A DNA stretch of 64,000 nucleotides. It comes from Spirochaetia bacterium (lineage in GTDB: Bacteria > Spirochaetota > Spirochaetia > UBA9216). The stretch spans positions 992,001 to 1,056,000 of the forward strand of contig OZ223269.1 in assembly GCA_965140585.1 (NCBI GenBank), written 5' to 3'. The notes below the pieces were generated by a model that did not search any database, had not been told where the DNA came from, and saw only the letters and a list, made by a program, of their open reading frames with translations. This document shows, piece after piece, positions 59,106-64,000 of the stretch (the first letter of the stretch is position 1; each line of letters begins with the position of its first letter). Both the position numbers and the translations under genes were made by a program.

Positions 59106-59657
59106 TTGAAAAAAGAGATTGAAATAAAAGCTCATGTCAGTGATCCCGATACAATCCGGGACAAACTTAAAGAGCTTTACGGAGATCCTGAACATATTTA
59201 TAAAGATGACATCTACTACAAATTCAAATCAAGCGGCAAACTCGTACGCTTACGGGACGAGGGCGGAATTACCGTAATAACAGCGAAAAATAAAACTCTA
59301 TCCGGAAACACAGAAGTAAATGATGAAATTGAGTTTACAGTTTCTGATAACGAAGCCTTTGTTCGCTTTTTGCAGCTTAATGACGCCGAAAGCTATATCA
59401 GAAAAACAAAAAGCGGATTCAAATATCTTTATGGTTCAGGAGACAGACTTATTACAATTGAACTATGTGAGGTTACAGGTCTTGGATGGTTTATAGAAAT
59501 AGAAAAACTTGTTGAAATTGATAGTGCTGATGAGACATCCATCGAAGCAGCACGGAATGATATTTACAAAGTACTTTCTGACAGTGGAATCGATGAAAAT
59601 GCCATTGAAAAACGGTTCTACACAGAAATGCTTTTGGAAAACAGGGAAAGAGGTTGA
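59106..59657 (+). CDS. cyaB: CYTH-domain protein (class IV adenylate cyclase family)
   Basis: EIEIK, DIYY, VRLR, GLGWFIEIE; TTG start with GAGG RBS. Confidence 0.8.
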   Translation: MKKEIEIKAHVSDPDTIRDKLKELYGDPEHIYKDDIYYKFKSSGKLVRLRDEGGITVITAKNKTLSGNTEVNDEIEFTVSDNEAFVRFLQLNDAESYIRKTKSGFKYLYGSGDRLITIELCEVTGLGWFIEIEKLVEIDSADETSIEAARNDIYKVLSDSGIDENAIEKRFYTEMLLENRERG

Positions 59658-59658
59658 T

Positions 59659-59694
59659 AAAAAAAGACCCGCCTGATTCAACGAATCAGACGGG
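59659..59694 (-). terminator. Intrinsic terminator
   Basis: Minus strand CCCGTCTGATTC-GTT-GAATCAGGCGGG (one G-U pair) then TC-T7. Confidence 0.8.
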
Positions 59695-59785
59695 AAAGGA
59701 GGTTGATTAAAAAAGGAGGTGTTTAGAAAACTGCAGGTTCCTGTACCTGCAGCGTTTCCGGAGAAACGCTGTAAAATAACCTAAG

Positions 59786-60502
59786 TCACTTTACAGATAA
59801 ATTAATATCAGTTTTCTCATATTTTATCAATACCCGAAGCACATCTTCTGCGCTTTCTGATGTTAAAAAGTCGTTAAAATTGCAAAATTTTTTCAAAAAA
59901 TTATTGAGCTTCCCGATTATCCGCAGATGAGCAATTTCACTGTTCGTATAAATCAGAAAAAAGAATTTTACAGGTTCTTCATCGTCATCACCAAAGTTTG
60001 TACCTTCTCTGCATATGCCTATTACTATGGCGGGTTTGCTGCTTATGTTTTCCCTCGGGTTTCTTACATGCGGCATAGCAATACCATGACCAAGGGTAGT
60101 AGGCATCATATTCTCTCTTGCAATCAATTTTTCTACAAAGGAATCAATATCTTTGATGAAACCGGTTTTTAGAAGCGGCCGTGATAACTGTGTCAGAACC
60201 TCTTCTCTGGTTCCCGGTTTTATTTTATGTATAACCAGGTTCTCAGAAACAAGTCTGGAAAGAGGAACGTTATCCATATCTTCAGAAATAAGTTTAGTAA
60301 GTTCATCACTTGATGAAGGATTCATTTTATCAAGTATCCAGGAATCAATAATTCCACGGTCAAAACGCCATTGGCTGGCAATCTTGACGCAGGGAATTTC
60401 ATTTTTTTGAATCATGCGGAGTATGGTTTTTTCGGCTACCTTTAGGTATGTTGCAACCTCTGATAATGTCATCAGATTGCCTGAAAGTGTATAGTTATCC
60501 AT
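59786..60502 (-). CDS. Excisionase-like HTH fused to PTS EIIA (Fru/Ntr family)
   Basis: MTLSEVATYLKV..IPCVKIASQWRF; RENMMPTTLGHGIAMPH phospho-His motif. Confidence 0.88.
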   Translation of the reverse strand: MDNYTLSGNLMTLSEVATYLKVAEKTILRMIQKNEIPCVKIASQWRFDRGIIDSWILDKMNPSSSDELTKLISEDMDNVPLSRLVSENLVIHKIKPGTREEVLTQLSRPLLKTGFIKDIDSFVEKLIARENMMPTTLGHGIAMPHVRNPRENISSKPAIVIGICREGTNFGDDDEEPVKFFFLIYTNSEIAHLRIIGKLNNFLKKFCNFNDFLTSESAEDVLRVLIKYEKTDINLSVK

Positions 60503-60530
60503 AAAACTTCACCTCTGTCTGTTAATGTCC

Positions 60531-60558
60531 ATTATAGTCCGGCTTGAGGCTTTGTCAA
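60531..60558 (-). promoter_or_regulatory. Sigma70 promoter
   Basis: TTGACA-16 bp-TATAAT; the -35 overlaps the galM stop. Confidence 0.7.
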
Positions 60559-61589
60559 GTAATGCTGAATACTACTATTGTCCTATGTGAATATCTATCT
60601 CCCGGATTAAGAATACAGGAAGGGAAATCTGGTTTATTGGGTGCATCAGGATAACCCTGTGTTTCCAGGCAGAGTCCGCCATGCTTCTGGTAAGTTTTAT
60701 CGGGACTTACAAAATCTTTCACAAAATTACCTGTGTAAAACTGAACTCCGGGCTGTGTTGTATAAAACGAAAGCTTCCTGCCTGATTCAATCTCAGACAA
60801 TTCGGCAAAAGGCATTTCAGCTTTCGCATATTCATTTTTTAACACGTAGCAGTGATCATATCCTCCTGCGGCTTCTATTTCGGAACCTACAACTTTTTCG
60901 TTTCTGAAATCAAAGGGGGTAGCCGCAACCGGTTTAATCTCACCGGTTGGAATAAGTTTTTCATCTACCGGAAGGTATTCAGATGCATTTATTTTAAGTT
61001 TATGTTCAAGGATAGTATCGGAAGCTCCGCCGGAAAGGTTCCAATAAACGTGGTTAGTCATATTTACAGGAGTGGCCTTATCTGCTGTTGCCTCATATTC
61101 CATAATCAGTTCATTTTTATCAGTAAGGGTATATACCGAGCTTACTTCAAGGCTGCCTGGAAAACCTTCTTCACCATCGGGACTATGATAGAAGAATTTC
61201 ACGCCTGCCTTTCCATCTTGTTTAAAAGGGAAGATATCCCATACTTTCTGATCAAAGCCTCCGGGACCTCCGTGAAGGCAGTTAGCCCCGTCATTTGAAG
61301 GAAGTTTATAATCTTTGCCGTCAAGAGTGAATGAAGCTCCACCAATCCTGTTGCAGAAACGGCCTACCGTAGCGCCGAAATATCTCGGCGGCTGTTCATA
61401 ATCTGAAAGGGAAGGTTTACATAGTGTTATCTCTGAACTGACCCCTTCCCGATCAGGAGTCTTAACCGAAATCAGGGTAGCCCCCAGACTTATCACGGTG
61501 ATGCTTACACCATTACTGTTTTCAATAGTTACCGAGTCAATTCTTTCCCCGGATGCCGTTATTCCGTAAGTTTTTCCTTCGACCTTCAT
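60555..61589 (-). CDS. galM: Aldose 1-epimerase (galactose mutarotase)
   Basis: GRFCNRI, LHGG, NMTNHVYWNL, YDHC, CLETQ; ATG 61589 with GGAG RBS (ORF track starts at 61604). Confidence 0.93.
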   Translation of the reverse strand: MKVEGKTYGITASGERIDSVTIENSNGVSITVISLGATLISVKTPDREGVSSEITLCKPSLSDYEQPPRYFGATVGRFCNRIGGASFTLDGKDYKLPSNDGANCLHGGPGGFDQKVWDIFPFKQDGKAGVKFFYHSPDGEEGFPGSLEVSSVYTLTDKNELIMEYEATADKATPVNMTNHVYWNLSGGASDTILEHKLKINASEYLPVDEKLIPTGEIKPVAATPFDFRNEKVVGSEIEAAGGYDHCYVLKNEYAKAEMPFAELSEIESGRKLSFYTTQPGVQFYTGNFVKDFVSPDKTYQKHGGLCLETQGYPDAPNKPDFPSCILNPGDRYSHRTIVVFSIT

Positions 61590-61590
61590 A

Positions 61591-63330
61591 TTAATTTTCT
61601 CCAAGAAGTAATTTCAGCTGGCTTATTTCGCTAATAAGCCTGTTTCTGTCCATCTTTGCGAACCTGGATGGAACCATATCCCTGCTTGTGCATTCAAGTA
61701 CAGCTACGAAATTCTGAAGTTCTATTTCATGAGGGTAGGAAGGCGGAATAAAATCTCTTACAGTAGCTTCAATATCAGTATTATTTATGACAACTCTGTT
61801 ATCTAACGAGGCATTGAATTTAGCCCTTATAAGTATTGATTCGAGATCGGCGCCTGAAAGATTCATACCGTTTTTCTTAAGTATTTCAGAAATTAAGAAT
61901 CCTGTAGTCTTGAGCTTTAGTTTTTTAAGCAGAATCTCAAATAATTCATCAACTTCAGATGATGAATCAGGAAAAAACAAGGCTAAATGTTCTTCGGCTC
62001 GTCCCTGGCGCTTTAAATCGATTGGGATCAGATCAGGACGATTGGTAGCAATAAACCAGATTATTTTGCCGCGGTAGGATGTATTACCCATAAAGTCGGC
62101 AAGCCGGGTAAAAAGATTTGTATCGCTGCCTACACGGTCAAGACGGTTTTTCCGTCCAAGCAGGGTATCTGCCTCATCGATAAGGACTCCGACAGGGGAC
62201 ATTGCTTTCAGAATGTTCATAACCTTATCGAAGTTTGAATCAGCAGCACTCGTCCATCCCTGACGGAACTTGACCACCGGAATACCGACTTCACCGGCAA
62301 AGGCTGTGACTATGAAAGTTTTACCGGTTCCCACCGGCCCGGATATTAGGTAGCCCATTGGAAGTACATCAAGCTGGCCTTTTTTTATTGCCTTTGCAGC
62401 ATCGCGCAACCTTTTCTTCACAAAACTGTGACCGGCTACCATGGAGAGATCATAATCAGTATTAATAAATTCCAACAGGCCTGCTGCTTCATTTTCAATT
62501 ATCTCTTTCTTCCGGTCTCTAAGATATTCACTTGTTATGGTACGATCTTCCTGATATGACTCTGCAGCTATCTGATTCAGGTTCATAAGATTCAGTCCGC
62601 TTGTCAGAGATGCTACACGTTCCGGATTGAGCCTGCTTTCGAGCATCAGGTAATCGCGGTTCTTAGCAAACTCTAAAAAAGCCTTGCGGACACTCATATC
62701 GGGAAAGGGAACACTTAGTTTTACTGTATTCGGTGAGCGGACCAGCCTTTCATTCAAATCTGAAAGGTTCTCTGAAAGAAGCATTATAGAAATATCACCC
62801 TGAGTAAAAATTGGATCATGAGCCCAGCGGTTAAGAGTTACCAGACAATACCGGTCTTCATCTGACAACTCGGGTATGGATGCATTTGGAACAATGGTCT
62901 CGGCAAAATCAATAATCAGTACAATGCGGAGCTTTTTTGAAACATTCATTAAAAAGTATTTTTCAAGATAATCAAAGGCCTTGGAAGGTCTGGATGACAG
63001 TAGATCATGCTCGGGAACATCGGGAAAGGTGCTTTTCATGGCTGCCAGATATTCATCCTGCATTTCTTTTGTACAGAAATTAACCCCTGAAGACCTGTCA
63101 TAAAAGACTATTATATCCTGATTACCGAACAGAACCTCAGAAACAAACTCCTGAATTCGCACAAAAACAAACTCGCCCTCATACATCTTGTTGGGAAGAA
63201 AGTCTCTGATGTTTCCGTGAATTATATACAGGTTTGCTGTTTCGGAGCAGTATTTATATGAAAGCTCCTGCGCCCATCCGGGCAGGATTTTAATGAATTC
63301 AAGATTTTTTAATATCAGCTGTTCAGCCAT
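61591..63330 (-). CDS. AAA+ ATPase with degenerate N-terminal AAA domain (Ycf46-like architecture)
   Basis: GPVGTGKT, VLIDEAD, ATNRPD..LKRQGR. Confidence 0.85.
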   Translation of the reverse strand: MAEQLILKNLEFIKILPGWAQELSYKYCSETANLYIIHGNIRDFLPNKMYEGEFVFVRIQEFVSEVLFGNQDIIVFYDRSSGVNFCTKEMQDEYLAAMKSTFPDVPEHDLLSSRPSKAFDYLEKYFLMNVSKKLRIVLIIDFAETIVPNASIPELSDEDRYCLVTLNRWAHDPIFTQGDISIMLLSENLSDLNERLVRSPNTVKLSVPFPDMSVRKAFLEFAKNRDYLMLESRLNPERVASLTSGLNLMNLNQIAAESYQEDRTITSEYLRDRKKEIIENEAAGLLEFINTDYDLSMVAGHSFVKKRLRDAAKAIKKGQLDVLPMGYLISGPVGTGKTFIVTAFAGEVGIPVVKFRQGWTSAADSNFDKVMNILKAMSPVGVLIDEADTLLGRKNRLDRVGSDTNLFTRLADFMGNTSYRGKIIWFIATNRPDLIPIDLKRQGRAEEHLALFFPDSSSEVDELFEILLKKLKLKTTGFLISEILKKNGMNLSGADLESILIRAKFNASLDNRVVINNTDIEATVRDFIPPSYPHEIELQNFVAVLECTSRDMVPSRFAKMDRNRLISEISQLKLLLGEN

Positions 63331-63354
63331 GTCCCCTCCCTGAGTACAATCAAT

Positions 63355-63383
63355 ATTATATGCTCAAACGCCCTTTTTGTCAG
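63355..63383 (-). promoter_or_regulatory. Sigma70 promoter
   Basis: CTGACA-17 bp-TATAAT, then GGGAGG RBS. Confidence 0.6.
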
Positions 63384-63446
63384 TAAGATCAGTCCAAACA
63401 TAAAAAAGCTATTGTAATAAGCCGCGTCACAGGTTATTTTAGGTGC

Positions 63447-63893
63447 ATGATTGAGATTTATACAGACGGAGGCTGTTCAGGCAATCCGGGGCCGGGAGGC
63501 TGGGCTTATATTATCAATGCCGGAAACAGCAATACAAAGGCATCGGGCGGTGAACCGCACACTACAAATAACAAGATGGAACTTACAGCTGTCATAAGCG
63601 CACTTGAAAAATGTGCTCAGACTGCTGAACTTAAGGGCGATTCTATCGAACTGCACACAGACTCACAGTATGTTAAAAACGGTATTACAACATGGATTCA
63701 CGGCTGGGTACGAAACGGCTGGAAAACTGCTTCAAAACAGCCTGTAAAAAACAAGGAATACTGGATACGATTGAAGGAACTTGATGATTCCCTCAATGTG
63801 ACCTGGAAATGGGTCAAGGGCCATGCCGGAAATCCGCTTAACGAAGAGTGTGATTCAATGGTTGGCGCAGAGATGGATAAGTACCGAAAGTGA
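63447..63893 (+). CDS. rnhA: Ribonuclease HI
   Basis: YTDGGCSGNPGPGG, TNNKMEL, TDSQYV, WVKGHAG..NEECD. Confidence 0.97.
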   Translation: MIEIYTDGGCSGNPGPGGWAYIINAGNSNTKASGGEPHTTNNKMELTAVISALEKCAQTAELKGDSIELHTDSQYVKNGITTWIHGWVRNGWKTASKQPVKNKEYWIRLKELDDSLNVTWKWVKGHAGNPLNEECDSMVGAEMDKYRK

Positions 63894-63904
63894 TGAGGCA
63901 GATG

Positions 63905-64000
63905 TTAATCTGTCAGGTTAATCAGGCCGAGGATTTTCTTTTCCTCGGCTTTTTTTTCTTCTATTGATACCGATTCAATTCTCAATGCTCCTGTAGGGCA
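63905..64000 (-). CDS. 3' end of a probable 4Fe-4S ferredoxin-domain protein (truncated by window edge)
   Basis: Own translation ...CPTGALRIESVSIEEKKAEEKKILGLINLTD*; CPTGAL is a typical end of a ferredoxin motif. Confidence 0.5.
   Translation of the reverse strand, partial: CPTGALRIESVSIEEKKAEEKKILGLINLTD
63926..63957 (+). terminator. Intrinsic terminator of rnhA
   Basis: GCCGAGGA-8 nt-TCCTCGGC then T8. Confidence 0.75.

Noticed and set aside
59786-60502. Excisionase-like HTH as a sign of a mobile element
   Set aside because: It is fused to PTS EIIA, a known chromosomal architecture in spirochaetes
527-62077. Numerous 60-160 aa ORFs antisense to or nested in long genes (e.g. 37373-37858, 60852-61298, 27636-28073)
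   Set aside because: Shadow ORFs with no recognisable motifs or RBS, overlapping well-supported genes
1-64000. CRISPR array, IS/transposase, integrase or prophage
   Set aside because: No regularly spaced repeats or recognisable mobile-element proteins were seen by eye

Overview
AT-rich bacterial chromosome segment that looks like a free-living spirochaete (Spirochaetaceae-like). This is inferred from an Lmp1-like TPR protein next to mutL, a spirochaete-type PilZ protein, an HTH-PTS IIA fusion and many lipoproteins. About 52 CDS and one tRNA(CAT). No IS, integrase, prophage, CRISPR array or rRNA was seen. From left to right: a polyol/sugar catabolic operon with a LacI-type operator; a TolC-MFP-RND efflux operon with a two-component system; an accessory-looking stretch (GH29 fucosidase with membrane tail, secreted nuclease, orphan m4C methyltransferase, MMPL transporter); phnDCE; a TPR cluster; mutL; three co-oriented outer-membrane-type genes; then housekeeping and signalling genes. 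The most notable items are (1) a 1,580-aa protein whose motifs line up, from memory, with the T9SS translocon SprA, next to two paralogous beta-barrel-like proteins; (2) a pore-less voltage-sensor protein ending in a HAMP-like linker; and (3) a structured 3'UTR/sRNA candidate with tandem anti-Shine-Dalgarno motifs. All family assignments come from motif recognition by eye, not from database searches.
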